Numbered from the stretch's first letter, positions 1-9,021 are shown. The stretch: DNA of 32,000 nucleotides from an uncultured archaeon (GCA_964648855.1 CAZYLT010000014.1:35762-67761), one strand, 5' to 3'. Notes: generated by a model from the sequence alone, not told the origin. Numbers and translations: made by a program.

Positions 1-549
1 AGGTTTCTCATTGAGTTTTTCTCTCGGCTCAGTTGACGGCCCGGATTTTATCCAATCGTGCCAGTTCAATGTGATTCGATGAACAATCTCACATCGATCT
101 AGAACATAATTTACGACACCGGCATTACCATGGTGGGCGAGACCATCTACGCTTTTGCGCCCCAAGTATTCCTCTGCTAGTTCTCTAACTTTAGGGATAT
201 CCTCAACAGGTATGATTGCCCATACCTGGAAGAAGGCTTCTCCACCGCTTCTTAGAAATGCAAAAAATATCCCCGCCTGGCCAATCTTGTCATAATCATC
301 GGGTAATTCCTCGTCAGTAGGCCACGACTTTCTATCCTTACAATAGTGAATCTTCGCACACTCGAATGCTATTATCTCGTGCCATTTTGCTGTGAATACA
401 ACAGTATATTTTTTGAATCTCTTTTCTCTGGGAAGCAGAAAATCAATCTCTTCGCTATCTATCCTTAGCTCAGCATTTTGTTCAGAGTATGGATGCTTGG
501 AAATAAATTCCCAGTCTTTGTCGTCGCTTTGTTCCATCTTTGTTCTCAT
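1..549 (-). CDS. Hypothetical protein, 3' end outside the window (MRTKMEQSDDKDWEFISKHPY...EPREKLNEKP, at least 183 aa)
   Basis: Manual translation of the minus strand is open from ATG 549 (alternative ATG 537) to base 1 with no stop. Not in the ORF track because it runs off the edge. No family motif recognised. Confidence 0.7.
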   Translation of the reverse strand, partial: MRTKMEQSDDKDWEFISKHPYSEQNAELRIDSEEIDFLLPREKRFKKYTVVFTAKWHEIIAFECAKIHYCKDRKSWPTDEELPDDYDKIGQAGIFFAFLRSGGEAFFQVWAIIPVEDIPKVRELAEEYLGRKSVDGLAHHGNAGVVNYVLDRCEIVHRITLNWHDWIKSGPSTEPREKLNEKP

Positions 550-697
550 CCGGGTTAGAATCTGTAATCGCAGAGCATTAGGCGTCCTTTTGACTGTTTG
601 CAAAGACCCTCGTTAGTTTTGGCTTTATCACTTTGCACAACGCTTATCTTATCCACTCAGACTTGAAATGTTAAGTTCCTGTTAAGGCGGAAAGACC

Positions 698-1423
698 ATG
701 AGCGAACGCGGCAGTAAGAAGCGATCACAACCCCAAGAACAGACTTTGGATGAGTTCCAGTTCACTCCTCGAGGCTTAGATTTGGAATGGACAAAGGACC
801 TCATCACTGTTTTTGATGCATATAGAATCCATCGGTGCTACGATCTGACGTTCATCGAGAAGGCGATTGGAGAAGGGGAATTTCCACGATCGTTTGTTGA
901 CCAGTGGAGATTCATCAGAACGGTCCTACATAAATTTGCAGCTGTTTCGCCAAAGGTGCCGGGTGTCCTGAAGTATTATGGGCGAAGAAAGACCTTACAA
1001 TATGCGGCATTAGTTCTACTAACATTCGCAGTCCCAGCCGTTGTTGCTACTTGGGTATTTGCGCTTGTTTCTATTGCAATTTATACCATCGCGTTTGCAG
1101 CATTTGCATTCATCTTCTTTGTAGCGCAATGGACCGCAGGGCATTATTATAACAGAAAAGTTGCGTGGACAATAGAGAACTATTGGGACGAACATCCCGA
1201 ATTGTTGAAAGACGAAAAGGAAGCATTGAAACAATGGGTCCAACGTCTTATCGTCAACGCGCGACACAGGCTAAGGAAAGAAGATGAAGATCCAGAGGGT
1301 CACCCAGTCAAATTCTTCAATGACGACTATGATGACATTATCGTGAAAAACGAGCCAAACTGGTACCGAAAGCATTACACCGTTCAGATTGTGGTTGACA
1401 GAGACGAAAAAGAAAAAGGCTGA
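698..1423 (+). CDS. Hypothetical membrane protein with two central TM helices
   Basis: 241-aa ORF. A hydrophobic hairpin (YAALVLLTFAVPAVVATWVF / IAIYTIAFAAFAFIFFVAQW) is flanked by charged soluble segments. Confidence 0.8.
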   Translation: MSERGSKKRSQPQEQTLDEFQFTPRGLDLEWTKDLITVFDAYRIHRCYDLTFIEKAIGEGEFPRSFVDQWRFIRTVLHKFAAVSPKVPGVLKYYGRRKTLQYAALVLLTFAVPAVVATWVFALVSIAIYTIAFAAFAFIFFVAQWTAGHYYNRKVAWTIENYWDEHPELLKDEKEALKQWVQRLIVNARHRLRKEDEDPEGHPVKFFNDDYDDIIVKNEPNWYRKHYTVQIVVDRDEKEKG

Positions 1424-1453
1424 AAAAAATGATGGAGGAGAAAGATTCTCCTC
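1423..1453 (-). terminator. Hairpin plus U-tract between convergent genes
   Basis: GAGGAGAA (1435-1442) pairs with TTCTCCTC (1446-1453). The A-run at 1423-1429 reads as a U-tract after the minus-strand gene. Confidence 0.5.
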
Positions 1454-1454
1454 T

Positions 1455-2576
1455 CTACTTCATTAGTTTTTCAATTGGCACATAATCGGCATTAAATCCA
1501 AAGTGCTTGGGTCCGAGTACATCTAGACCTTCTGGCTGCCTGAAGATCTCATGAGATGCCTTCATTCCAATGACACTGACCTCATCACCCTTCTTGATAT
1601 CCGTATTAGTTATAGGTTCCCCCGTCTTTTGGTCAATGATTTCGATGATATCTGGGCTCATTACCCACATTTCGCCATCAAGCCAAGTCATATGATTCTC
1701 ATTCTTGAACCAGACCTTTAGTTCCTTGCCGCCCTTTGGACCTGTTCCCTTGATGGTTGTTTTACCCCACATATAGCCAGTTCTATTCTCCCATTCTCTA
1801 ACCACAACCTCCCCCTTGAATAGGGTCCAGCCACCAAATTCATCAACTATCGCCTCTGCAGGATCATCTCCGGACTCACGGCTCTCGCGAATAGTCTTGC
1901 CAACGCCATAGCTCAATGATAGGGTTCCAGGTATGATAACATCATGGAATTCATTTCCCTTGACAGGAAACGCCACATTGCCAACCCGACCCCATGCAAC
2001 CTCGCTGAGTGCCTTTGAGATTCTTTCTCCCATTTCATAGTTGATGATATCTTGAACAAGTGTTTTGTTGCCGTACCAATCTACCAATGCCAATGGAGCC
2101 ATAGAAAAGCCCTTGGCACATACTGTATTTTGGCAGATTTCTGGAACCGCTCGCCCAGCATAATCTCCATCAACACAAGGAATACCATGCCTTACGGCTG
2201 CATCAATAGGCGCAGGAGTATTTACGCCACCTAGCTCGAATGCTGCGGTGGCCGCAAATTTCACTTCCATGTGGTCCTCGAGCAGCCTGAGACCTGTTGC
2301 CAGTTCCTTCTCGTAATAGTCCCAGTCAAATCTCGAGCGCAGTTTCTCAATCTCAGGAGTTGGTGGAGCAATAGTCCCAGAATAGTAGGGACACGCGACC
2401 CAGTCCTCATCTTCAATTGTATCAACATCCACAATCTCTATGGTCTTGCCAGCATCAATGTGCGGATACAGCATCTTCAGACCTAGCTCTTTATCGCCTC
2501 CGCCACCTGTACCAAAGAATGTACAACCGGTTGTCAGGTCTTCTACATCAGTTCTAGTTTTCAATCTCAGTGTCAT
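1455..2576 (-). CDS. DUF917 family protein (thiohydantoin desulfurase-like), paralogue 1
   Basis: Motifs FGTGGGG, ELGGVN, DGDYAGRAVPE, KNEN and SPDII; 373 aa. Confidence 0.88.
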   Translation of the reverse strand: MTLRLKTRTDVEDLTTGCTFFGTGGGGDKELGLKMLYPHIDAGKTIEIVDVDTIEDEDWVACPYYSGTIAPPTPEIEKLRSRFDWDYYEKELATGLRLLEDHMEVKFAATAAFELGGVNTPAPIDAAVRHGIPCVDGDYAGRAVPEICQNTVCAKGFSMAPLALVDWYGNKTLVQDIINYEMGERISKALSEVAWGRVGNVAFPVKGNEFHDVIIPGTLSLSYGVGKTIRESRESGDDPAEAIVDEFGGWTLFKGEVVVREWENRTGYMWGKTTIKGTGPKGGKELKVWFKNENHMTWLDGEMWVMSPDIIEIIDQKTGEPITNTDIKKGDEVSVIGMKASHEIFRQPEGLDVLGPKHFGFNADYVPIEKLMK

Positions 2577-2625
2577 TTTTCCATTCCCGTCACAGTTTAA
2601 GCTAGAATTAGAAGAAGCTGAGTAC

Positions 2626-2650
2626 TACTTTAAGTTTTCTTTAGAAAACT
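2626..2650 (-). promoter_or_regulatory. TATA-like box with an overlapping palindrome upstream of DUF917 paralogue 1
   Basis: The minus strand reads AGAAAAC-TTAAAGT about 50 bp before the ATG. A perfect inverted repeat AGTTTTCT-tt-AGAAAACT lies at 2633-2650. Confidence 0.45.
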
Positions 2651-2683
2651 GAAGAACTTGATATTCATATTTCTAATAATTGC

Positions 2684-2723
2684 AAAAAATAGGTGCAAGG
2701 CCTGAGCCAAGTGTTGCTCAGGC
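2684..2723 (-). terminator. GC-rich hairpin plus U-tract downstream of the metallophosphoesterase gene
   Basis: GCCTGAGC (2700-2707) pairs with GCTCAGGC (2716-2723). A T6 run follows on the minus strand. Confidence 0.55.
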
Positions 2724-2744
2724 GCCTGCATTACCTGACTGGAA

Positions 2745-3695
2745 CTATAGTTCTACTCGTCCGGCGGTAGCTTCGCCATCTTTCACATTAATGATGAAAC
2801 CTTTCAAGATACCCTCGCGGTATTCAGAGCCAGGATTAACACAAAGGGTTCTCCCAATGTTTGTGAAACCAACTGATTCGTGAATATGACCATGCATGCC
2901 GACAAGTGGTTGGTATTTCTCTATGACTTCTCTAACTGCTTTGCTTCCAACTGGTTCAGTTAGCGAAAAACCACCCGCATACTTCATTTGGTGGTCTTCG
3001 GAAAGCTGCGGGGCTACATCCAATCCTGAGCCGAAGGGAGGCGCATGGAAGTTACACAGCAGATTCTCATAATCAGTTCCGTCAACTCGAGCAAACTCAG
3101 CTTCCAGTTTCTCCAAAAGCTCATCTTCGGGGCACTCCCTGTGGGTTTCCCACGGCGTACTATTGACCCATTCACTACTGATGAGTTTGTGATGCTCTCC
3201 AATTTCCACGACCTTCTCAAGAGGATAGATTGCCCGTGGATGATTCATGATGACTTCATCGATAACACGCGGATCGTCATTTCCGGGATTCACCACAAGT
3301 ACGACATCTTCAGGGATTTTCTCTGCAGCTAAATCCAACCACGCTTGCATGCGTTCAGTCATTAAGTTGTCAAAGAGTTCCTGTATTGCGCCTTTCTTCT
3401 CCTTAATCTCTGCAAGCTCATCGGGAGTGAAAATGTGAGGATAGAATCCTTCAGTTTTGACAAAATCGAGAAACTTGTCAAGGTCCTTTCTTTTCTTGAA
3501 TTTCTTCTTTCTACCATAGGGCTGAGCGTACCAATTATCTTCTTTTTCTTGTATGATGGGCATGATTGCTTTTCCTGTCAAATCGCCGCACATCATGGCA
3601 ACATCGGCTTTGAAGACACCAGGAGCTCTGCACATCTGTTCCCATGTTTTCTGACTCCCGTGGGGGTCACAAGCATGGAAGATTCTTAGTGACAT
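2745..3695 (-). CDS. Calcineurin-like metallophosphoesterase (Icc-related)
   Basis: All five motif blocks are present: DPHG, GDLTGK, PGNDD, HAPP and HGHIHE, plus NPGS. Confidence 0.9.
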   Translation of the reverse strand: MSLRIFHACDPHGSQKTWEQMCRAPGVFKADVAMMCGDLTGKAIMPIIQEKEDNWYAQPYGRKKKFKKRKDLDKFLDFVKTEGFYPHIFTPDELAEIKEKKGAIQELFDNLMTERMQAWLDLAAEKIPEDVVLVVNPGNDDPRVIDEVIMNHPRAIYPLEKVVEIGEHHKLISSEWVNSTPWETHRECPEDELLEKLEAEFARVDGTDYENLLCNFHAPPFGSGLDVAPQLSEDHQMKYAGGFSLTEPVGSKAVREVIEKYQPLVGMHGHIHESVGFTNIGRTLCVNPGSEYREGILKGFIINVKDGEATAGRVEL

Positions 3696-3762
3696 CTATT
3701 TTTAGCCTCTTGCAACCGTATTTCTGTATCCTAAATGAGGTTAACGGTCTAGTACTTGCATC

Positions 3763-3826
3763 TCACTTTAATATGACTTTGAGATTTCATCGGTAATTCC
3801 ACCTCTAGAGAAAGGTATTAAAGTGA
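3763..3826. promoter_or_regulatory. Back-to-back divergent promoters with identical TATA-like boxes (TATTAAAGTGA)
   Basis: TCACTTTAATA (3763-3773) is the exact reverse complement of TATTAAAGTGA (3816-3826). Each copy has a purine-rich AAAG (BRE-like) element upstream on its own strand. Confidence 0.6.
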
Positions 3827-3873
3827 CCTTAGAAAATTTGACATAATGTAAAGACTCTTGGAGATTCTAACAT

Positions 3874-4680
3874 ATGTCCGGTAAATATGGTGAAATACTA
3901 GACGACTATCAAGACGAGGCCATCAGGATTGAGCAAGCCGCTGGCGAGAATGGATGGCCCATGAGAATAATTGGATGCTTGGCTTTTCGCATAAAATGCC
4001 CCGACTATGTCGAATTGCATAAGAAAATGTGTAGAGAAGTCACCGACATAGACTATGTTGCATATTACAAAGATATGCGAGATATTCAGGATCTGTTTCG
4101 ATACCATTTAGGGTACAAATGGATACCTCCCGGTTTCGCGAGGGCCTCGACTCTAAGAGACCTGTTCGTCAATCCTGATACAGGGTTCAAAATCGACGTG
4201 TTTTATGACCACTTAGACTTTTGCCACAAAATAGAATTCAAAGAAAAGAAGCGGCTAGATGTTGATGAGCCAACAATCCCGCTAGCAGAGCTCTTTCTAG
4301 AAAAGACACAGATTGTTGAAATCAACGAGAAAGACCTCATGGACCTCATAATTCTCTTTCTATCCTATGATGTGAGTGAAGATCATGACGATTCCATTAT
4401 TAATGGTAAGTACATCACTGACATATTGAGTGATGATTGGGGATTCTACTACACTGTAACTGAGAATATCAAGAAGTTTATCGAATATGTTCCCAAAGTT
4501 CAGCACATCACTACTGAGCAACAGAACCTGATACTAACACGCGTTAACAAACTGCACAAGATGATCGAGGACTCTGAGAAGTCTGGTTCATGGAATCGCA
4601 GAGCACGAGTAGGAACCAAGAAGCGGTGGTACAAGATAGTGCACACCATGGACGATCGGGACAAAATAAAGAAATGCTGA
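3874..4680 (+). CDS. Uncharacterised nucleotidyltransferase-fold protein (Pol-beta superfamily-like)
   Basis: The hhGxxA element (IIGCLA) is followed by DxD (TDIDY) and a third Asp (KIDVF). A helical C-terminal part contains LEKTQI...KDLMD. Confidence 0.7.
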   Translation: MSGKYGEILDDYQDEAIRIEQAAGENGWPMRIIGCLAFRIKCPDYVELHKKMCREVTDIDYVAYYKDMRDIQDLFRYHLGYKWIPPGFARASTLRDLFVNPDTGFKIDVFYDHLDFCHKIEFKEKKRLDVDEPTIPLAELFLEKTQIVEINEKDLMDLIILFLSYDVSEDHDDSIINGKYITDILSDDWGFYYTVTENIKKFIEYVPKVQHITTEQQNLILTRVNKLHKMIEDSEKSGSWNRRARVGTKKRWYKIVHTMDDRDKIKKC

Positions 4681-4681
4681 G

Positions 4682-5812
4682 ATGGGTGGTATCTTGCGTC
4701 TAACTAAACAAAATGCGTATGATATGTTGACCGGAGTTGGAATCTTAGGAACTGGTGGGGGCGGTGACCCGGTGGGATTCGGCAAGCCCATGGTTGATTG
4801 GGACTATGGAAAGGGCCGGATATACGAGCTAACTCCTCCTGAGGAGATTAAGGATGACGCTTTCATCGTGTGTGGCGGATATATGGGTTCAGTTAGCGCA
4901 TTTACATCAATCGGAGATATGCTCGAGAGGTGGGAGGAGCGATATGAACTTCATGAAGCGATGAAGATGTCGGAGAAGATATCTGGAAAACAGGTCAACC
5001 ATTTGGTCCCATTTGAATTGGGTGGCACCAATACAACTGTGATGCTCTCATTGGCGGCTCGAGCCGGCATTACATCTGTGGATGGAGATGGCTTAGGCAG
5101 GTCTGCCCCAGAGACTCAAATGATTTCCTTTGTTGGATACGGTATATCGCTTACTCCTATGCCGGTCGTATCGAAGAACGGAAGCATTGTCATTGTTGAA
5201 GAAACTTCCTCACCAGCCCTGGCAGATGAGATTGGGCGTTTTACCGTGGTTCAAGACGGCGGTGCAGGCGCAAACAATCACTATTTCCAGTCAGGAGCTG
5301 AATTGAAAAAGAGTGTCATCCCTAACAGTATCTCAAAATCAATAGAGCTTGGTGAAGGCGTCAGGGATGCAAATGAAAATGGAAACAATCCAATAAATGC
5401 CTTTCTTGATATCATGAATGGAACCATGCTCGCGAAGGGTAAGATTACTTCTGTGAAGGGAGAGGACCGCGCGGGACACTGGCATGTGACAGCCACTATT
5501 CAGCCGGAAGAACTAAAGGGAAGTCTTGAGATTACTGTCAAAAACGAGTATATGATGGCTAGATATGATGGAAAGCCTGTCGTTATGTTTCCAGACCTCA
5601 TATGCTTGCACAACCCCAATACTGGACATGGAATTATGAGTTCGGACCTTAAGGAAGGCCTCGATGTCGTAGTTACAGCTGTAGCCGCTCATGAGCGGCT
5701 TCGGTATTCCGCAAACACTGATATTGGCAGGAAGGCGTTTGCGCCGGGCCGCTATGGTCATTCTGAATTCGAATACAAACCAATGGAAGAGATAATAGGC
5801 AATTTGAAGTAG
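4682..5812 (+). CDS. DUF917 family protein, paralogue 2 (possible true start TTG 4694)
   Basis: Motifs LGTGGGG, ELGGTN, DGDGLGRSAPE, KNEY and FPDLI. GGTGG precedes the in-frame TTG at 4694. Confidence 0.88.
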   Translation: MGGILRLTKQNAYDMLTGVGILGTGGGGDPVGFGKPMVDWDYGKGRIYELTPPEEIKDDAFIVCGGYMGSVSAFTSIGDMLERWEERYELHEAMKMSEKISGKQVNHLVPFELGGTNTTVMLSLAARAGITSVDGDGLGRSAPETQMISFVGYGISLTPMPVVSKNGSIVIVEETSSPALADEIGRFTVVQDGGAGANNHYFQSGAELKKSVIPNSISKSIELGEGVRDANENGNNPINAFLDIMNGTMLAKGKITSVKGEDRAGHWHVTATIQPEELKGSLEITVKNEYMMARYDGKPVVMFPDLICLHNPNTGHGIMSSDLKEGLDVVVTAVAAHERLRYSANTDIGRKAFAPGRYGHSEFEYKPMEEIIGNLK

Positions 5813-5857
5813 GATACTACTGTCTGGTACTGGAGTCTTACAAAGGTGGCTCCGTAG

Positions 5858-6631
5858 GTGAGCAACGTGAAGAAAATTGCACTAATAGGTGCTACCGGTC
5901 TTGATTGGTGGGTTGACGAAAAAAAGAAGTCATTCATAGAATCCATCACACCTGCTGGCTATGAAATTGATAATTTTGTTCCCGATTATGGAACACATAG
6001 TGTGGAATCCCATGTGGATGAGGCATATAATGCGCCATTCATTTTGGATAAGATAGTCGAAGCACATCAGCAAAACTATGATGCAATAGTTATAGACTGT
6101 GCATGTGATCCTATTCTTGTTGCAGCACGTGAGGCTGTAGAAACTCCGGTAGTTGGAGCTAGGAATTCAGCACTGCATTTTGCCCTTACTCTAGGCACGA
6201 AGTTCTCCATAGTTACCGTCCAAGGGCAGTCTCTTGTGCGATGTATGCATCATGGAGTGAGAATGGAGGGTCTAGAGGCTTTCTTGAGCAGTGTAAGATA
6301 TCTGAAGATGCCGGTACTAGATATTGCGAGTGACCCAGAGGAAGCTCAGAATGAATTGAGAGTGGAAAGCAAGAAAGCAATCGATGAGGATGGTGCAGAT
6401 GTCATCATTCTTGGATGCACAGGTCTCTCACATCAAGTCGACATAAAATCGATTTCGCAAGAACTAGGTGTGCCCATTCTTGACCCCCTGATTGTGGCTG
6501 TAAATGCAGCAGTGGCTATTGTTGAATCCGGACTTACACACAGCAAGGTCGCATACCCTAAACCTCCAAAGAAGGATATCAAAGAGATACCATCTCTTCA
6601 AGGGAAGTTCGACAAGGTCCTAAAAGAATAG
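5858..6631 (+). CDS. Asp/Glu/hydantoin racemase family protein
   Basis: Two-cysteine racemase motifs IDCACDP and ILGCTG, plus GADVI and GVPILDP. Confidence 0.88.
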   Translation: MSNVKKIALIGATGLDWWVDEKKKSFIESITPAGYEIDNFVPDYGTHSVESHVDEAYNAPFILDKIVEAHQQNYDAIVIDCACDPILVAAREAVETPVVGARNSALHFALTLGTKFSIVTVQGQSLVRCMHHGVRMEGLEAFLSSVRYLKMPVLDIASDPEEAQNELRVESKKAIDEDGADVIILGCTGLSHQVDIKSISQELGVPILDPLIVAVNAAVAIVESGLTHSKVAYPKPPKKDIKEIPSLQGKFDKVLKE

Positions 6632-6634
6632 AAT

Positions 6635-6654
6635 CGCTTCCTTCTCGGGAAGCG
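6635..6654. terminator. Hairpin between the convergent racemase and MFS genes
   Basis: CGCTTCC (6635-6641) pairs with GGAAGCG (6648-6654). Confidence 0.4.
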
Positions 6655-6657
6655 CTC

Positions 6658-7899
6658 TTATTGTGCGTTGTTCCGTCTTAGGAGAACAATCATGAGAACA
6701 AGTACAGCCATCGACAAGACTGTACACATTAAGTAGGGCAATCCAAGAGAGAAGTCCATTAGCCAGCCGCCAAGTATCGGTCCAAGGAATAAACCAACCC
6801 CGCCCATACTCTCCACCAACCCGGCATGTGCGCCTTTATCCAGCTTCGTTGCTGAAACGACCAAGTACAGAGCCCCTAAGTAGTTGAATCCCACTGCTAT
6901 TCCGGAAATAAGCATGGCAATCATGAATGCCCAGAAATTCACGGTCAAGAAAATAATCCCACTGGATATTGCAGATAGCAATGCGCCAAGAACTATCATT
7001 TCATCCATCAAATGCTCAGGCAATCTCGCACATATTATGAATGCGATTGTGCGAATTCCATTCCAAGCCATAAGTAGATAACCAAAATCCTCAGTCACGA
7101 ATCCGGGCAGGTTTTCTACATATGTGGGAAATAGAGAGAGAATAACGGTCGAAATGACACCCCAGAGCATTATTGATAGATATGATGCGATGAAGATGGG
7201 ACTGGTCTTTTGTCCTTTCTCGTCATCCGTTGTTACCCCAACTAGGGCTTCTGCTGTTGAAGTTTCATGATGGGATGTTTGTTTCAGCCGATAGCCATGC
7301 AGGAAAAATCCAATTAAACCAAGAGAAACGAATTCCACCGCAATGGTGACATAAATGCTGGAAACATTTCCGTATAGTCCAGCCATATAGGCAATTACAA
7401 ACGGGCTCAGGATCATGCCTGCACTCCACGAAGTTGCGAAGTTTCCTAGAACCGTGCATTCCGCCTCTGGCGACAACTCTGCAACCATTCCCTCTATTGA
7501 AGGAGTTATTAGCCCATAAACTAACCCTTCTAGTGCCCTCACAGCAATGAGATAGATTGGCGTTGCTAGAGGGTTGATAAACAGAAAGAGGACACCAATG
7601 TAGGCGATAGTACCTATTCCTATGGACTTCTTCCTACCAATGCGGTCTGAGAATTTACCTCCGATAGCCGGCGAGAACATGTAGACAATACCGAAGGATC
7701 CCATAGCCCAGCCAATCTCGAAATTAGATCCTCCAAGGAGACCTGCGTACCAGGGTGCAAAAATCTCTGTTGTTCCAAGCACAAAGGTGACAAGGAACGT
7801 GGCAATATATCCAACGGCTCTGTTTCGTATCTTTGATGTTTCTGGCATATCGATTTGTTCTGGTGAATCAAGGCAAAAGGGTTCATGGGGATGAGTCAT
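6658..7899 (-). CDS. MFS transporter
   Basis: MFS motif A (GKFSDRIGRK), RALEG in TM4 and about 12 hydrophobic segments. Confidence 0.9.
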   Translation of the reverse strand: MTHPHEPFCLDSPEQIDMPETSKIRNRAVGYIATFLVTFVLGTTEIFAPWYAGLLGGSNFEIGWAMGSFGIVYMFSPAIGGKFSDRIGRKKSIGIGTIAYIGVLFLFINPLATPIYLIAVRALEGLVYGLITPSIEGMVAELSPEAECTVLGNFATSWSAGMILSPFVIAYMAGLYGNVSSIYVTIAVEFVSLGLIGFFLHGYRLKQTSHHETSTAEALVGVTTDDEKGQKTSPIFIASYLSIMLWGVISTVILSLFPTYVENLPGFVTEDFGYLLMAWNGIRTIAFIICARLPEHLMDEMIVLGALLSAISSGIIFLTVNFWAFMIAMLISGIAVGFNYLGALYLVVSATKLDKGAHAGLVESMGGVGLFLGPILGGWLMDFSLGLPYLMCTVLSMAVLVLMIVLLRRNNAQ

Positions 7900-7929
7900 T
7901 AGTAAAGCTACGCTCCTTTGAATACCAAT

Positions 7930-8946
7930 CTATTTCAGCTGAGGAACGATTTCTGTTGCCACTAATTCAGTGGTGTCCAAGACATCGATGCCTGGTATCG
8001 GGAACAATACTGGTGTATTTGCCCCAGCATCGATTATTGCCTGAATCTGTTTTATTGCAGAATCAACATCCCCGACAACGCCGAGTGTCTTCACCATGTC
8101 ATCGGTGACCAAACCTGCCCAATCCTCACCATGCTCAGCTGCTCTCTTGAAAGATAGGGTTTCATCTTTAGATATTCCAGCATGAGTCATAAGCGGTCCT
8201 CCTGCCTGAGAGTGAGCTAGGTACTTCATCATGAATTTTCGAGCGATTTTGATGGCTTTGTCAATATCATCATCGATGACCATCGGTAGGTATGATACCA
8301 TCTCATAGCCATCCAGCCTTCGACCAGACTTCTTTGCACCTTTCCTAATGCGTTCCCAAGCAAACTTGATGTAAGAGGGCGTGTTGAAGATAGAGAGGAT
8401 CACCCCATCACCGATTTCTCCACACAGCTCGAGACCTTGCTTACCCTCAAAAGCTAGGAAGATCGGTGCTGATTCACGAACCGGGGTAAATTCCAACTGG
8501 ATGTTATTTGCCTCGAAGAAGTCATCCTTATGGTTCACTTTCTTTCCTGTCATGATTTTGCGCACAAGATTGACACAAGCTTTTGTTCTCGATAACGGCT
8601 TCTTGAATTCATAGCCCATTTGTTTCATCCAAAACGGGACGCCTGAACCCAGGCCAAAAACGGTGCGCTGATTCGACATCTCATCCAGTGTGGCAAATTC
8701 CATGGCCATCAACGCAGGATGTCTGCTGTACGGATTTATGACGCCAAGTCCTATTCTGATTTTCTCAGTTGCCATAGCTGCCGTAGACATATACGGCATG
8801 CCGCCTCTGAAGAAATAATCTTCTGCGAACCATACTGAACCTACGCCAAGTTCTTCTGCTTTCTTAGCCATACTTACTGCTTCATCAACAGGAAACAGAC
8901 CTGTCATTGCTACTCCAAATTCTTTGAATCCTTCCATTTTATTCAT
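7930..8946 (-). CDS. Luciferase-like (LLM) oxidoreductase, Mer-like, possibly F420-dependent
   Basis: AEELG..SVWFAED, GVINPYSRHP, LDEMSNQR..FGLGSG and GEIGDGVI. The cofactor is inferred. Confidence 0.85.
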   Translation of the reverse strand: MNKMEGFKEFGVAMTGLFPVDEAVSMAKKAEELGVGSVWFAEDYFFRGGMPYMSTAAMATEKIRIGLGVINPYSRHPALMAMEFATLDEMSNQRTVFGLGSGVPFWMKQMGYEFKKPLSRTKACVNLVRKIMTGKKVNHKDDFFEANNIQLEFTPVRESAPIFLAFEGKQGLELCGEIGDGVILSIFNTPSYIKFAWERIRKGAKKSGRRLDGYEMVSYLPMVIDDDIDKAIKIARKFMMKYLAHSQAGGPLMTHAGISKDETLSFKRAAEHGEDWAGLVTDDMVKTLGVVGDVDSAIKQIQAIIDAGANTPVLFPIPGIDVLDTTELVATEIVPQLK

Positions 8947-9021
8947 TTCCTTTAATTCTCTTACGAAGTGCGCTCTTGCTGAAACTCACTCCAAATAGAT
9001 TGAGAGAAGGGGAAGAATCCC

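Noticed and set aside
392-616. 74-aa plus-strand ORF
   Set aside because: It overlaps the longer minus-strand frame 549-1, which has a more protein-like composition.
4675-4707. Cys-TGA at the end of the NTase gene as possible selenocysteine read-through
   Set aside because: Read-through would add only about 9 residues overlapping the next gene, and no SECIS-like element was identified. TGA is most simply the stop.
7930-8946. Calling the LLM protein methylene-H4MPT reductase (mer)
   Set aside because: No C1-pathway genes are nearby and LLM paralogues are diverse, so only a family-level call is supported.
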